This document shows positions 51,473 through 61,936 of a stretch of 64,000 nt of DNA, piece by piece (positions within the stretch are counted from its first letter, which is position 1; each line of letters opens with the position of its first letter). Source of the DNA: an uncultured Alphaproteobacteria bacterium. Lineage in GTDB: Bacteria; Pseudomonadota; Alphaproteobacteria; RF32; CAG-239. The stretch is taken from NCBI GenBank assembly GCA_944393715.1, contig CALYBB010000001.1, positions 9,609 through 73,608 on the forward strand, read 5' to 3'. The notes under the pieces were generated by a model that saw only the letters and a list, made by a program, of their open reading frames with translations, had not been told where the DNA came from and ran no database searches. The position numbers and the translations under genes were made by a program.

Positions 51473-54350
51473 GATTTATAATATTCCTGCCTCGGTTTGT
51501 TTCGTCGAAACTCTGGCCGCCAAACTGCTGGAAGATTACAAAGATTGCGAATTCAAACTGGCCGAGACGCTGGTACTTCTGCCCAATCGCCGAGCCTGCC
51601 GCTCATTGGCTGAAGCATTTGTTCATCAAAAAGGTATGGACCCCACCATCTTGCCGCAAATGCGTGCAATCGGCGATACACAAGAAGACGAACTTATTTT
51701 AAACGGTTCCGGTGCGGCAGAAGAATTTTTATCACTTCCGCCAGCAATTTCTCCCTTGGAGAGAACTCTTTTATTCATGAAACTGATTCTCAGACGCCGC
51801 AACGAATTTGGCCTGCAAGAAATTTCTTTGTCTCAATCCTGTCGACTGGCTATCGAACTCGGCAATCTTTTGGACAAAGCTCGCATGCAAAATTTAGATT
51901 GGAACAATCTTGCTTCTCTTGCTCCGGAAGAATATGCGACTCATTGGCAGGAAACCTTAAAATTTCTAAAAATCATCACCCATTACTGGCCTGAAATACT
52001 AACCGAACGCGGGGTTATAGATGCCAATGACCGCAAAGACCGCCTGATTGAAAAACAATGTCTTATCTGGCACCGAAATCCTCCAAGCAACCGCATCATC
52101 ATTGCCGGAACCACTGCCGTCTCTCCGGTAATGAAACTTCTGGTCAAAACGGTTCTTGAACTTCCAAAAGGTGAAATATATCTTGCCGGACTTGACACCT
52201 GCCTTGAAGATGATGCATGGAATCAAATAGATGAATCCCACCCACAATTTGAATTCAAACAACTTTTGGATTACCTGCAGTTAAACCGGCATCAAATAAA
52301 ACCTTTAATTGCGCCGCGCTGTTCTCTGCGGGAAAAATTCATCAGCGAGATCATGCGGCCGGCAACCTGCTCTCACCGCTGGCGACAAATTGAAGGAAAC
52401 TTGAATATTAAAGCCGTCGAAGGTATCAGATTGATTGAATGCACCGATGCCCGAACCGAAGCTCTGACCATTGCCGTTTTGATTCGTTGCGCCTTAGAAA
52501 AACCCGAACAAACCGTTGCCTTAATCACACCAGACCGCAATCTTGCAAGACGAACGGCGGCCGAACTGAAACGCTGGAAAATTAATGTTGACGATTCTGC
52601 CGGTATCCCCTTAGCGCAAACGCCTTGGGCTATTTTCATGCGCCTCTGCATAGCTGCAATCGAACCTGACGCTGGCAAAGAGCAGCTTTTAGCATTATTT
52701 AAAAATCCTCTGTTTTCCGCCGGTATGCCAAAACAAACCGTCGCAAAACTTATCAAACGACTGGACAAAGATATATGGCGCAGCAACAAAAAAGACCCTG
52801 AAATAGACGCCTTCTTACAAAAAATCAGAATGCTTGCCGATGATATCATCACCTTATTCTGCACCGATAAAGCTTCATTAAAAGACATCATCACCAAGCA
52901 CATCATGCTGGCCGAATCTTTTGCCGCCACAGAAGAACAATCAGGCGCCGAAATTTTATGGCAAAACGAAGACGGCGAAGCAGGGGCTGCCTTTATGGCC
53001 GATTGGCTGAAATATGCTCCCGTTTTAGAAGAAATCAAACTAGAGGACTATCTGTCATTATTTGAAACCATGATGACAGGAACGATGGTCCGCAGCAAAC
53101 GCCCAAATCATCCGAGGGTGAGGATTCTTGGTCCAATGGAAGCTCGCCTCAATCATTTTGACAAAATTATTCTGGGTGGCCTCAATGAAGGCATCTGGCC
53201 GCCGGCCGCAGAAGCCGATCCCTGGATGTCGCGTCCGATGAAACATGACTTTGGTTTTGAACTTCCCGAAAAACAAATCGGTGTTCTCGGTCTAGATTTT
53301 GCCAATTTACTGGCAGCACCGAGCGTCTGTCTGACTCGTGCCGGCATGAATGGCGGCGCACCGACGGTCAAATCGCGCTGGTGGATGCGTCTTGAAACAG
53401 TTTTACAAGCAGCCGGCATAAACAAAAAAGCACTATCCGAAAACGCCTGCCAATCATTTGCCGCCGCGCTTGACGCTCCGGAAAAATTCATCAAAATAAA
53501 AGCCCCTTCTCCGACCCCGCCACTTATTGCCCGCCCAAGAAAGTTATCGGCCAGCTCGTTTGAAAGACTTTTGCGCGATCCCTACGGCATTTACGCCGAA
53601 TATATCCTAAAACTCAAGCCTCTTGATAAACTTGATTCTGAACCGACCCGTGCCGATTTTGGTTCTTTAATTCACAAGATTTTAGAAAATTTCGGTCGGC
53701 TCTATCCCGATAAACTCCCTGACAACGCAGCCGATATCTTGCAACAAATCGGTCAAAAGCTCCTTGCCGAGCAAAATCTGTCCAAAGAAAAACAGGCCTT
53801 TTGGCTTCCTAATTTGACCAAAATAATAAACTGGCTAATTCAAACCGAACTCCAATACCGTCCAGAAATTAAACGTATCCATACCGAAATCCGAGGCAGC
53901 GTATTTTTTGACAATTTGCCTAACGGACGATTCGAGATTTCCGCCATCGCTGATCGTGTTGACGAAACCAAAGATGGCCGGCTCAACATTCTCGATTACA
54001 AAACCGGCCAAGCCCGCTCAAGCAAAGAAGTTCAGGGCGGCTATGCACCGCAGCTTCCTATCGAAGGATTAATCGCCGTCAGCGGCGGTTTTTCCGGAAT
54101 AAAAGCCGCCGAAATCGGAAAACTGATATATTGGCAACTTGGCACTAAAACAACGGTAATTGACCAAAACTTACCGGATATTTTTGAGAGAACCCAAAAA
54201 CAAATCCTAAAAACCATTGGCTTGTTTGACTCCGTTTCCACCGGCTATCTGAGCCGTCCCAATCCCAAACATATTGAAAAATATTCCGATTACGAACATT
54301 TGGCACGCATCAGCGAGTGGTCCGTTCAGGAAGAGGAAGAAGACGAATGA
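51465..54350 (+). CDS. addB: Double-strand break repair protein AddB (alphaproteobacterial type)
   Basis: Trimmed to MSEIYNIPAS (ATG at 51465, overlapping the rdgB end). It has a C-terminal PD-(D/E)xK nuclease motif (ADRVDETKDGRLNILDYKTG) and is followed by addA with an ATGA overlap. Confidence 0.9.
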   Translation: MSEIYNIPASVCFVETLAAKLLEDYKDCEFKLAETLVLLPNRRACRSLAEAFVHQKGMDPTILPQMRAIGDTQEDELILNGSGAAEEFLSLPPAISPLERTLLFMKLILRRRNEFGLQEISLSQSCRLAIELGNLLDKARMQNLDWNNLASLAPEEYATHWQETLKFLKIITHYWPEILTERGVIDANDRKDRLIEKQCLIWHRNPPSNRIIIAGTTAVSPVMKLLVKTVLELPKGEIYLAGLDTCLEDDAWNQIDESHPQFEFKQLLDYLQLNRHQIKPLIAPRCSLREKFISEIMRPATCSHRWRQIEGNLNIKAVEGIRLIECTDARTEALTIAVLIRCALEKPEQTVALITPDRNLARRTAAELKRWKINVDDSAGIPLAQTPWAIFMRLCIAAIEPDAGKEQLLALFKNPLFSAGMPKQTVAKLIKRLDKDIWRSNKKDPEIDAFLQKIRMLADDIITLFCTDKASLKDIITKHIMLAESFAATEEQSGAEILWQNEDGEAGAAFMADWLKYAPVLEEIKLEDYLSLFETMMTGTMVRSKRPNHPRVRILGPMEARLNHFDKIILGGLNEGIWPPAAEADPWMSRPMKHDFGFELPEKQIGVLGLDFANLLAAPSVCLTRAGMNGGAPTVKSRWWMRLETVLQAAGINKKALSENACQSFAAALDAPEKFIKIKAPSPTPPLIARPRKLSASSFERLLRDPYGIYAEYILKLKPLDKLDSEPTRADFGSLIHKILENFGRLYPDKLPDNAADILQQIGQKLLAEQNLSKEKQAFWLPNLTKIINWLIQTELQYRPEIKRIHTEIRGSVFFDNLPNGRFEISAIADRVDETKDGRLNILDYKTGQARSSKEVQGGYAPQLPIEGLIAVSGGFSGIKAAEIGKLIYWQLGTKTTVIDQNLPDIFERTQKQILKTIGLFDSVSTGYLSRPNPKHIEKYSDYEHLARISEWSVQEEEEDE

Positions 54351-57300
54351 CCCAAGATTTTCAACAGCAAAAAAATAATCGCATTTCATTGGCTTCGGAC
54401 AAACAGCGTCAGGCAGCCGATCCGTCTGTTTCGGTTTGGGTCGAAGCTTCGGCCGGAACCGGCAAAACAAAAGTCTTATCCGACCGTGTACTGCGCCTTC
54501 TTCTAAGCGGCGTCAATCCGGCGCGTATCTTATGCCTGACCTATACCAAAGCGGCCGCCGTTGAAATGAGCAACCGTATTGCCGATCGTTTAAGCAAATG
54601 GGCTGTCTTTCCGGACACCAAACTTTTATCCGAACTTCAAAATTTGCTGGGAAAAAATTTATCCGATGCATCTGAACAAACCAAACTTCTGGAACAGGCA
54701 AGACAACTTTTTGCCATTCTGTTGGATACACCGGGCGGGATCAAAATCCAAACCATCCATAGTTTTTGTCAAGAGATTCTCAAGCGCTTTCCGCTTGAAG
54801 CTAAAATCTCGCCTTATTTTGAAGTAATGGATGACCGCGAGGCAGACACAGCACTCAAAGAAATTAAACTCGATCTGCTCAGAGGAACGACGGACATCCG
54901 GACAACCGAAGCGCTTTCTTGGTTAACAACCGTCGTTTCCGAAAATTCTTTTCCAGACATCCTGCAGGCAATTACCTCTCAAAGAAATCTCATTGAAACC
55001 AGCCTGCAAAACTATTCCTCCGTCGACGATTTAATTGCCGCCGTAGCAAAAGGTCTCAACATAACGCCGCAAACATCGGCCGAAGACCTTATTAACTTGT
55101 TTTGGCAGAGATTCGCCAAAACTGATGTCGAATATCTGATAAAAGCACTTGAAGCAGGAAGCGACACATCACGCAAATACGCAGTTTCTTTAGCTTCTGC
55201 CGTAGAAACAAAAAACTTTGACACCGTCAACACCATCCTGCATTATAAAAGATTACTGGTCGAAAAATCGCGCAAACTTTTTCCCCAAGCCGAAGAAATC
55301 GTCGCCAATCAAAAATTACATCTGGACGATACCTTAAACAAACTTACGGCAGTAGAACTCCTCAAGGCGACCCGCGCTGTTCTAGTCATCGCGGCAGATT
55401 TGCTGAAACGCTACCGGCTTTATAAAAAAAGCCGTTCCAAAATGGACTTCAATGATCTTATTTTATTAACACGACATTTGCTGGAAGCGCCGCATATCTC
55501 TGAATGGATTTTATACAAGCTTGACGGCGGCATTGATCATGTTTTAATAGACGAAGCACAAGATACTTCGCCCGACCAATGGGCTGTTGTAAAATCCCTA
55601 ACAAACGAATTTTTTTCAGGCCTTGGCTCCAAAGCTTCCCGACCGACCATTTTTGTCGTCGGCGATCGTAAACAATCCATTTACTCTTTTCAAGGTGCTG
55701 ATCCGCACGAATTTGAAAAAACACACGATTATTTTGCCAGCCGCGATCCGGCTTTTCATCAAATTGATATGGAAGTTTCTTTCCGTTCGGCTGACGCCAT
55801 TTTGGATGTTGTCAATGCCGTATTTTCCAATGGCAAAGCTTGTGCCGGCGTAATTCGCTCCAATCAAAAATTAGCACATGTCCCATCACGTATCGGCGAT
55901 GGTGGCAGGGTCGAACTCTGGCCTCTTATTCAACCGGAAACAGATAAAAATCCGGATGATGTATGGCTGCCGCCGGTTGAACGCATAACAGCCGTATCAC
56001 CCAGAGCCAAATTGGCTCAGCAGCTTGCCGAAATGATTTATCTTAAAGTTTCCCGCGGCGAAAAATTAAAATCTCAAAACCGTCCCTTAAAGTACAGCGA
56101 TTTTCTGATACTGGTCCAACAGCGCGACGCTTTTGTTCAGGAATTCATTCGCTCGTGCAAAAACTTTGGCGTTAACATTGCCGGCGCCGATCGAATAAAA
56201 CTTTTGCAACAAATTTCCATCAACGACCTAATGGCTCTGGCCGATTTTACATTGCTGCCGGACGATGACCTGAATTTAGCCTGCCTCTTAAAATCTCCCC
56301 TTTTTGGCCTCAATGACGACGACCTTTTTACACTATGTTATGATCGCGGCGACAACAGTCTTTGGCAGCGTTTGCAACAAAATTCTGCCTACACCGACGC
56401 CAAAACCAAATTACAAAATTTATTGATTTCCGCCGGACAAATGCGGCCGTTCGAATTTTTCTCTCATGTCCTAAACACCTTAAACGGCCGCAAACAATTT
56501 ATTGAACGCTTAGGATTTGATTGCGAAGACGCCCTTGACGAATTCATAAATCTTTGTCTTGATTTTGAGCGGGAACATATTCCGTCAATGCAGCTGTTTG
56601 TTGGCTGGATGCGTCAAGATGATGTCGAAATCAAGCGCAACCTTGAGCAAAACAAACAAGATGCTGTCAGAGTAATGACTGTCCACGGATCAAAAGGCCT
56701 GCAAGCACCAATTGTCATTCTTCCGGATGCCATGCGCATCAAAACAGTCAAACAAGAAGCCGGCTGGCTTTGTGATAACGGCACTTTGCTTTATCCTCTC
56801 GGCAAAAGTTATTATGAAAATCAAGCTGAAAAAATAAAGAATAAAGAAAAAAACATCCTCATGGAGGAATACCACCGCTTGCTTTATGTTGCATTGACAC
56901 GTGCCGAAGATTGCCTATACATCTGCGGCTGGTGCAAAAAAAACAACATCAGCGAAGAATCTTGGTATGCCCTGTGCAAAGAAGCTCTTGAACCAATAGC
57001 AGAAAAACAACCAGACGGCAGATTAATCTACGAAACACCACAACAGTTCGTTCCCCCGATTGTCTCAGTGCCAGAAATTATCACGGCACCGGCATCGCTT
57101 CCGGAGTGGCTGACAGCGCCCCTTCCCCATGAAGATCCTTTAGCCAAACCTCTGACACCGTCACACCAAGACGAAACAGGTATTGCAGCTCTGTCACCTT
57201 TATCTGCGTTTGACGACAATCATTTGTACAATCGAGGCCGTATTATTCATAAAATGCTGCAATTTTTACCAAACGCCGCAGAAGCCGACCGACCGCAGCT

Positions 57301-57688
57301 GGCCACGGAATTTTTGCAGTCTCAAGCCTCCGACATAAATGAAACCGAGCGCAAAAAAATATACTCAGAGGTCTTGTCATTACTTAACAATCCATGTTTT
57401 GCGCCCTTATTTTCGCCTAATTCCATGGCAGAAGTTGCTTTGATGGGGCAAGTCGGTAACCATATCATTTCCGGCCAAATTGATCGTCTGGTAATTACTG
57501 ATGACAAAGTAATGATTATTGATTACAAAACAAACCGCCCTGCCGCCAAAACCCCAAACGACATTCCGCCGGCCTACCGCAAACAAATGTCAGCTTATCG
57601 ACAACTGGTTGAAAAAATTTATCCCCAAAAACAAGTTGAAACCTATATTTTGTGGACAAACACTGCGCAAATTATGCCTGTTAAATAA
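54347..57688 (+). CDS. addA: Double-strand break repair helicase-nuclease AddA
   Basis: Trimmed to MTQDFQQQ (ATG at 54347). UvrD-type Walker A (EASAGTGKT), helicase motifs (VLIDEAQDTSP, TVHGSKGLQAP) and a C-terminal nuclease motif (IDRLVITDDKVMIIDYKT). Confidence 0.94.
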   Translation: MTQDFQQQKNNRISLASDKQRQAADPSVSVWVEASAGTGKTKVLSDRVLRLLLSGVNPARILCLTYTKAAAVEMSNRIADRLSKWAVFPDTKLLSELQNLLGKNLSDASEQTKLLEQARQLFAILLDTPGGIKIQTIHSFCQEILKRFPLEAKISPYFEVMDDREADTALKEIKLDLLRGTTDIRTTEALSWLTTVVSENSFPDILQAITSQRNLIETSLQNYSSVDDLIAAVAKGLNITPQTSAEDLINLFWQRFAKTDVEYLIKALEAGSDTSRKYAVSLASAVETKNFDTVNTILHYKRLLVEKSRKLFPQAEEIVANQKLHLDDTLNKLTAVELLKATRAVLVIAADLLKRYRLYKKSRSKMDFNDLILLTRHLLEAPHISEWILYKLDGGIDHVLIDEAQDTSPDQWAVVKSLTNEFFSGLGSKASRPTIFVVGDRKQSIYSFQGADPHEFEKTHDYFASRDPAFHQIDMEVSFRSADAILDVVNAVFSNGKACAGVIRSNQKLAHVPSRIGDGGRVELWPLIQPETDKNPDDVWLPPVERITAVSPRAKLAQQLAEMIYLKVSRGEKLKSQNRPLKYSDFLILVQQRDAFVQEFIRSCKNFGVNIAGADRIKLLQQISINDLMALADFTLLPDDDLNLACLLKSPLFGLNDDDLFTLCYDRGDNSLWQRLQQNSAYTDAKTKLQNLLISAGQMRPFEFFSHVLNTLNGRKQFIERLGFDCEDALDEFINLCLDFEREHIPSMQLFVGWMRQDDVEIKRNLEQNKQDAVRVMTVHGSKGLQAPIVILPDAMRIKTVKQEAGWLCDNGTLLYPLGKSYYENQAEKIKNKEKNILMEEYHRLLYVALTRAEDCLYICGWCKKNNISEESWYALCKEALEPIAEKQPDGRLIYETPQQFVPPIVSVPEIITAPASLPEWLTAPLPHEDPLAKPLTPSHQDETGIAALSPLSAFDDNHLYNRGRIIHKMLQFLPNAAEADRPQLATEFLQSQASDINETERKKIYSEVLSLLNNPCFAPLFSPNSMAEVALMGQVGNHIISGQIDRLVITDDKVMIIDYKTNRPAAKTPNDIPPAYRKQMSAYRQLVEKIYPQKQVETYILWTNTAQIMPVK

Positions 57689-57790
57689 ATTTTGATGCCT
57701 ATACGGCGAATTTTTACGATAAAGAGCTTTATTTATCCAAAATTTATGCCTATATTATAAAAATATTATCAAAAACGGAAAGGAAAGACA

Positions 57791-58105
57791 ATGAAAGCAA
57801 TTAACGATTCTCAATTTGATGCCGAAGTTCTAAAATCAAAGGGTCTTGTTTTGGTTGATTTTTGGGCCGAATGGTGTGGCCCCTGCCGCCAGCTTCTGCC
57901 GATTATGGAAGAGGTATCAAACGAAATGTCCGACAAAATTCAAATCTGCAAAATGAACGTTGATGAAGCACCGGCCACACCGGCCAGTTTTGGCATTCGC
58001 AGCATTCCGTCGCTGTTGCTGTTCAAAAACGGCAAACTGGTTGACAGTAAAGTTGGCTTGATCTCCAAAAACACTATTACCGATTGGATTAACCAGCACG
58101 CTTAA
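57791..58105 (+). CDS. trxA: Thioredoxin
   Basis: 104 aa with the WAEWCGPC active site. Confidence 0.96.
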   Translation: MKAINDSQFDAEVLKSKGLVLVDFWAEWCGPCRQLLPIMEEVSNEMSDKIQICKMNVDEAPATPASFGIRSIPSLLLFKNGKLVDSKVGLISKNTITDWINQHA

Positions 58106-58116
58106 ATAAACTTTAT

Positions 58117-58138
58117 AAGCCTTCTGTAAAGAGGGCTT
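58117..58138 (+). terminator. Hairpin after trxA (possibly bidirectional)
   Basis: 9-bp stem AAGCCTTCT/AGAGGGCTT (one G-U pair) with loop GTAA. It abuts the stop of the convergent chromate-transporter gene. The U-tract is weak. Confidence 0.45.
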
Positions 58139-58656
58139 CAAAGTTTTAAAGCTATTCCCAAAACGGCAGCCAATCCTAGGTATAGCACGGGGCTTTGTTT
58201 CCAAATCCGCATCATTGATAACAATGCTGCAAACATTAAGACCTCCAAACTGCCAGTCAGGGCTATTTTGCCGATTTGCAATCCGGCAAACAAAATAAGA
58301 GCCAAAACCGCCGGCCTAATTCCCCCCAAAATATCATGTGTACGGGTATTACCGCTATATCTTTGCATCAGTTTAGCCACCATAATCATAATAATCACAG
58401 ACGGCAAAACCAAACCGAAAGTTGCCGTTACCGCACCTGAGATTCCGGCGGCCTTAAATCCGGAAAACGTTGCCATATTAACCCCTATAGGCCCTGGTGT
58501 TGACTCTGAAACAGCAATCATATCTGCCAGCTCAGCCGTCGTAAACCAATCATACCGTTCCGCAAGATCAAACAAAAAGGGCACTGTTACCAACCCGCCG
58601 CCAATGGCAAACAAGCCTATTTTAAAAAATTCAAAAAACAACAACAAATAAATCAT
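58138..58656 (-). CDS. Chromate transporter family protein (short-chain CHR, second half)
   Basis: Trimmed to MIYLLLFFEFFKIGLFAIGGGLVTVPFL (ATG at 58656, ATGA overlap with the upstream gene). It has the CHR-family FKIGxxxxGGG motif. Confidence 0.82.
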   Translation of the reverse strand: MIYLLLFFEFFKIGLFAIGGGLVTVPFLFDLAERYDWFTTAELADMIAVSESTPGPIGVNMATFSGFKAAGISGAVTATFGLVLPSVIIMIMVAKLMQRYSGNTRTHDILGGIRPAVLALILFAGLQIGKIALTGSLEVLMFAALLSMMRIWKQSPVLYLGLAAVLGIALKL

Positions 58657-59198
58657 TTTCGGCGCCTCCTGACCTCGCTGAAAATAAGAGCTGTCATACC
58701 GGCAATAATAACAATCCATACCGCAGACAAACTCAACCCGACCAACAATACCAACGCGCCGATAAATATCAGGGTATTTTGCCAGTTTTGAATATTTTTA
58801 CGTGTCAAATCAAAGAGAACATCGGCAATCAACGCCGCCACGCAAATGCGGATTCCGGCAAAAGCATAGGCCACATAACGGTTGTCGGCAAAATTTTGCA
58901 AAACCGAAGCAATCAGGACAATAATAACCAATGACGGCAAAACCATACCCAGCGTCGTTATTATTGCTCCGCAAACGCCTTTTTGCCGATAGCCGATAAA
59001 AGTTGCCACATTAATTGCAATAATCCCCGGAGTGCACTGCCCAATAGAATAAAGATCAAGCAATTCCTGTTCATTAACAAAACGGCGTTTATTGACCAAC
59101 TCGGCCTTAAGAAGCGGCAACATAGCATAACCGCCGCCAAAGGTAAACAAACCAATTTTAAAAAACAAGGCAAATAAATTCCACAATTCGCGTATCAA
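58653..59198 (-). CDS. Chromate transporter family protein (short-chain CHR, first half)
   Basis: 181 aa; LFFKIGLFTFGGGYAMLPLL. Paired with the downstream half-size paralogue. Confidence 0.82.
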   Translation of the reverse strand: MIRELWNLFALFFKIGLFTFGGGYAMLPLLKAELVNKRRFVNEQELLDLYSIGQCTPGIIAINVATFIGYRQKGVCGAIITTLGMVLPSLVIIVLIASVLQNFADNRYVAYAFAGIRICVAALIADVLFDLTRKNIQNWQNTLIFIGALVLLVGLSLSAVWIVIIAGMTALIFSEVRRRRK

Positions 59199-59289
59199 AA
59201 TTTTGTCCTCATAATATTGTATCTTTCATAAAACAGACTATATACCTGTTTGTTTTTACAATCCGTTAACAACAAGAGTCTTCAAATTA

Positions 59290-60294
59290 ATGATTATCGG
59301 CATCACAAAAGAAACATATTTGGGTGAGACACGTGTCGCCGCTGTCCCGAAAACTGTTGCCGAATTTACTAAAAAAGGCTTCAAAATCCTACTGCAACAC
59401 AACGCCGGACAAGCCGCCGGATTTGATAATCACGCCTATCGCCAAAGCGGTGCCGTTATTTGTTCCTCTGCCGCTGATATTTTGACACAAACCGATATTT
59501 TACTTAAAATCCGTGCACCAAATAAATCTGAAATATCTCTTTTACCAAACAACCGTTTTATCATCGGCGATTTACGCAACCTCACCTCCGAAGCTGTCGC
59601 ACTGCTACACAAAAAAAATATAACCGCCTTCGCATTAAATAAGCTGCCGCGCCTATCACTTTCTCAACCCTTTGATATTTTATCATCACAAGATAATTTG
59701 TCCGGCTATCAGGCAGTGCTCAAATCTTTGTCTTTGGGCAAACGGGCGACACCTCTGATGATAACTTCCGCCGGAACTGTTCCGCCTCTAAAATTTTTAA
59801 TTATTGGCATCGGTGTTGCCGGTCTGCAGGCTGTTGCCACCGCCAAACGTTTGGGAGCCAAAGTTTTTGCTTCCGATATTCGTCCGGAAACCGCAGAGCA
59901 AGCCAAATCTTTAGGCGCCGAATTTGTAACCGACTTTACTCCGTTGTTGTCGCAAACTGATATTGTTATTACTGCCGCAGCCAGCAGTCCAGCACCAAAG
60001 ATCATAACCAATTCCATGATAAAAAAACTCCCTGCTGGCGCTGTCTTAATGGATATGGCCGCAGCTTTCGGCGGCAATATTGTCGGAAGCCAAAACAACA
60101 CAATCCGGCATATCTCAAGAAAAATCCTTTGCGGCTGCTCTGATTTGGCCACCGAAATTCCAAACACCGCCAGCCTGTTGTTTGCCAATAATCTCTATAA
60201 TTTTGCCATGCAGTTTTACGATTCCGCAACAATGACTTTCATTCCCGATAACAAGAATAGCCTGATAACCTCAACCAAACTACCGAAAGGATAA
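59290..60294 (+). CDS. pntAA: NAD(P) transhydrogenase subunit alpha part 1 (dI), shortened
   Basis: MIIGITKETYLGETRVAAVP, DILSSQDNLSGYQAV and the NAD-fold IIGIGVAGLQAVATAKRLGA. It is 334 aa, versus the roughly 375-385 aa I expect for this subunit. Confidence 0.88.
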   Translation: MIIGITKETYLGETRVAAVPKTVAEFTKKGFKILLQHNAGQAAGFDNHAYRQSGAVICSSAADILTQTDILLKIRAPNKSEISLLPNNRFIIGDLRNLTSEAVALLHKKNITAFALNKLPRLSLSQPFDILSSQDNLSGYQAVLKSLSLGKRATPLMITSAGTVPPLKFLIIGIGVAGLQAVATAKRLGAKVFASDIRPETAEQAKSLGAEFVTDFTPLLSQTDIVITAAASSPAPKIITNSMIKKLPAGAVLMDMAAAFGGNIVGSQNNTIRHISRKILCGCSDLATEIPNTASLLFANNLYNFAMQFYDSATMTFIPDNKNSLITSTKLPKG

Positions 60295-60296
60295 AA

Positions 60297-60581
60297 ATGG
60301 ATATCTGGATTTTACTGACAATATTTCTGCTTGCATGCTTCGTTGGTTATTTTGCCGTTTTGGGTGTTACTCCGGCGCTACATTCACCTTTGATGAGCGT
60401 AGCCAACGCTATTTCCGGCATTATCATCATCGGCGCATTAACATCTCTGGCAGACAGCTTGTCAATCATCGATTCGTTTTTATCATATCTGGCTTGTTTT
60501 TTGGCTGCCATCAATACTGCCGGAGGCTTCGCTGTTTCTGCGCGCATGCTGACCATGTTCAAATCGGAGAAAAAACAATAA
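60297..60581 (+). CDS. pntAB: NAD(P) transhydrogenase subunit alpha part 2 (membrane)
   Basis: 94 aa with three TM helices. Motif TPALHSPLMSVANAISGIIIIGAL. Confidence 0.88.
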   Translation: MDIWILLTIFLLACFVGYFAVLGVTPALHSPLMSVANAISGIIIIGALTSLADSLSIIDSFLSYLACFLAAINTAGGFAVSARMLTMFKSEKKQ

Positions 60582-61930
60582 TGCCCGCTTTGGTTAATAT
60601 ATCATACCTAACCGCCTGTGCTTTAATGATTGCATCCATCCGTTCTCTTGCCTCGCCGCAAACCGCGCGTTTGGGCAACTTTTTAGGTATGACCGGCATG
60701 GCGCTTGCCGTCATTGCCGCCGTCATATCGCTCAAACTTCCGAATTATCCTCTGACACTGACAGTTATCCTAAGCGGCGCGGCAATCGGCGTTTACACGG
60801 CCTTTAGAATCAAAATCACAGCTCTGCCGCAAATGGTTGCCGCCTTAAACGGCCTCGGCGGATTAGCCGCCGCCTGCGTTGCTTTGAGCGAAGTATTGGC
60901 TTTTTCACCGCAAAATTTCAACAACACTATCAGTCTTTTTGTTGGCGGCCTGACCTTTTCCGGTTCTCTGGTTGCTTTTGCCAAGTTGCAGGGATTCATG
61001 CCGGCGCACCCGCTCCGCTTCACCGGCCAGTACGGATTAAACGCTGCTTTAGCACTGACCATTCTCACCTTATCGATTATTTTTATCCTGCAACCGAACA
61101 TACCTTTATTTCTTATCCTATCTTTGCTGATATTGATTCTTGGATTATTGTTGCTTCTCCCCGTCGGCGGCGCTGACATGCCGGTTGCCGTATCACTGCT
61201 CAACGGTTGTTCCGGCTGGGCTGCTGTCGGCATCGGTTTGTCTTTGTCCGACAGCCTTTTAATCATCATCGGTTCAATCGTTGGTTCCGGTGGATTAATA
61301 TTGGCCGCTATTATGATGAAAGCAATGAACCGATCATTGCTAAACATCTTTACCGGCTCTTTAGGCGTACAAAATTCCGGCACCGCGGCTGAAGCCCAAA
61401 CCGCTCGTTCCGGTGCACCCGAAGACGCAGCCTTTATTATGGAAAACGCAAACAAGATTATTATTGTTCCAGGCTTCGGCATGGCCGCCGCCCAAGCTCA
61501 ACACACGCTCAAGACCATGGCTTTTTTGCTGCATAACAAATACCATGCCGAAGTCAAATTCGCCATTCATCCGGTTGCCGGCCGCATGCCGGGCCACATG
61601 AACGTTCTCTTGGCCGAAGCCGGCATTGATTACAAAGATGTCTACGAGTTGACAGACATCAACAGCGAATTTTCCTCCGCTGATGTTGCCTATGTCATCG
61701 GTGCCAACGATATTACCAATCCGGCCGCTAAAACTGACACATCATCACCGCTTTACGGAATGCCTATCTTGGATGTTGCCGAAGCCAAAACCGTTTTCTT
61801 TGTCAAACGCTCTCTCGGCAGCGGCTACGCCGGTATTGATAACCCGTTGTTTTATGCCCCAAACACTATCATGCTCTACGGCGACGCCAAAGAAGTAACC
61901 GAAAAAATCATCAAAGCTCTGGAAAGCTAG
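60581..61930 (+). CDS. pntB: NAD(P) transhydrogenase subunit beta
   Basis: Frame 60335-61930 trimmed to MPALVNISYL (ATG at 60581, TAATG overlap with pntAB). The dIII motifs VPGFGMAAAQAQH and HPVAGRMPGHMNVLLAEA are present. Confidence 0.94.
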   Translation: MPALVNISYLTACALMIASIRSLASPQTARLGNFLGMTGMALAVIAAVISLKLPNYPLTLTVILSGAAIGVYTAFRIKITALPQMVAALNGLGGLAAACVALSEVLAFSPQNFNNTISLFVGGLTFSGSLVAFAKLQGFMPAHPLRFTGQYGLNAALALTILTLSIIFILQPNIPLFLILSLLILILGLLLLLPVGGADMPVAVSLLNGCSGWAAVGIGLSLSDSLLIIIGSIVGSGGLILAAIMMKAMNRSLLNIFTGSLGVQNSGTAAEAQTARSGAPEDAAFIMENANKIIIVPGFGMAAAQAQHTLKTMAFLLHNKYHAEVKFAIHPVAGRMPGHMNVLLAEAGIDYKDVYELTDINSEFSSADVAYVIGANDITNPAAKTDTSSPLYGMPILDVAEAKTVFFVKRSLGSGYAGIDNPLFYAPNTIMLYGDAKEVTEKIIKALES

Positions 61931-61936
61931 CCAACA

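Noticed and set aside
52373-53038. 221-aa minus-strand ORF inside addB, and similarly the 229-aa ORF at 60793-61482 inside pntB.
   Set aside because: They overlap strongly supported genes. Their products are Ser/Ala/Ile-rich with no motifs or translation signals, so they are treated as chance antisense frames.
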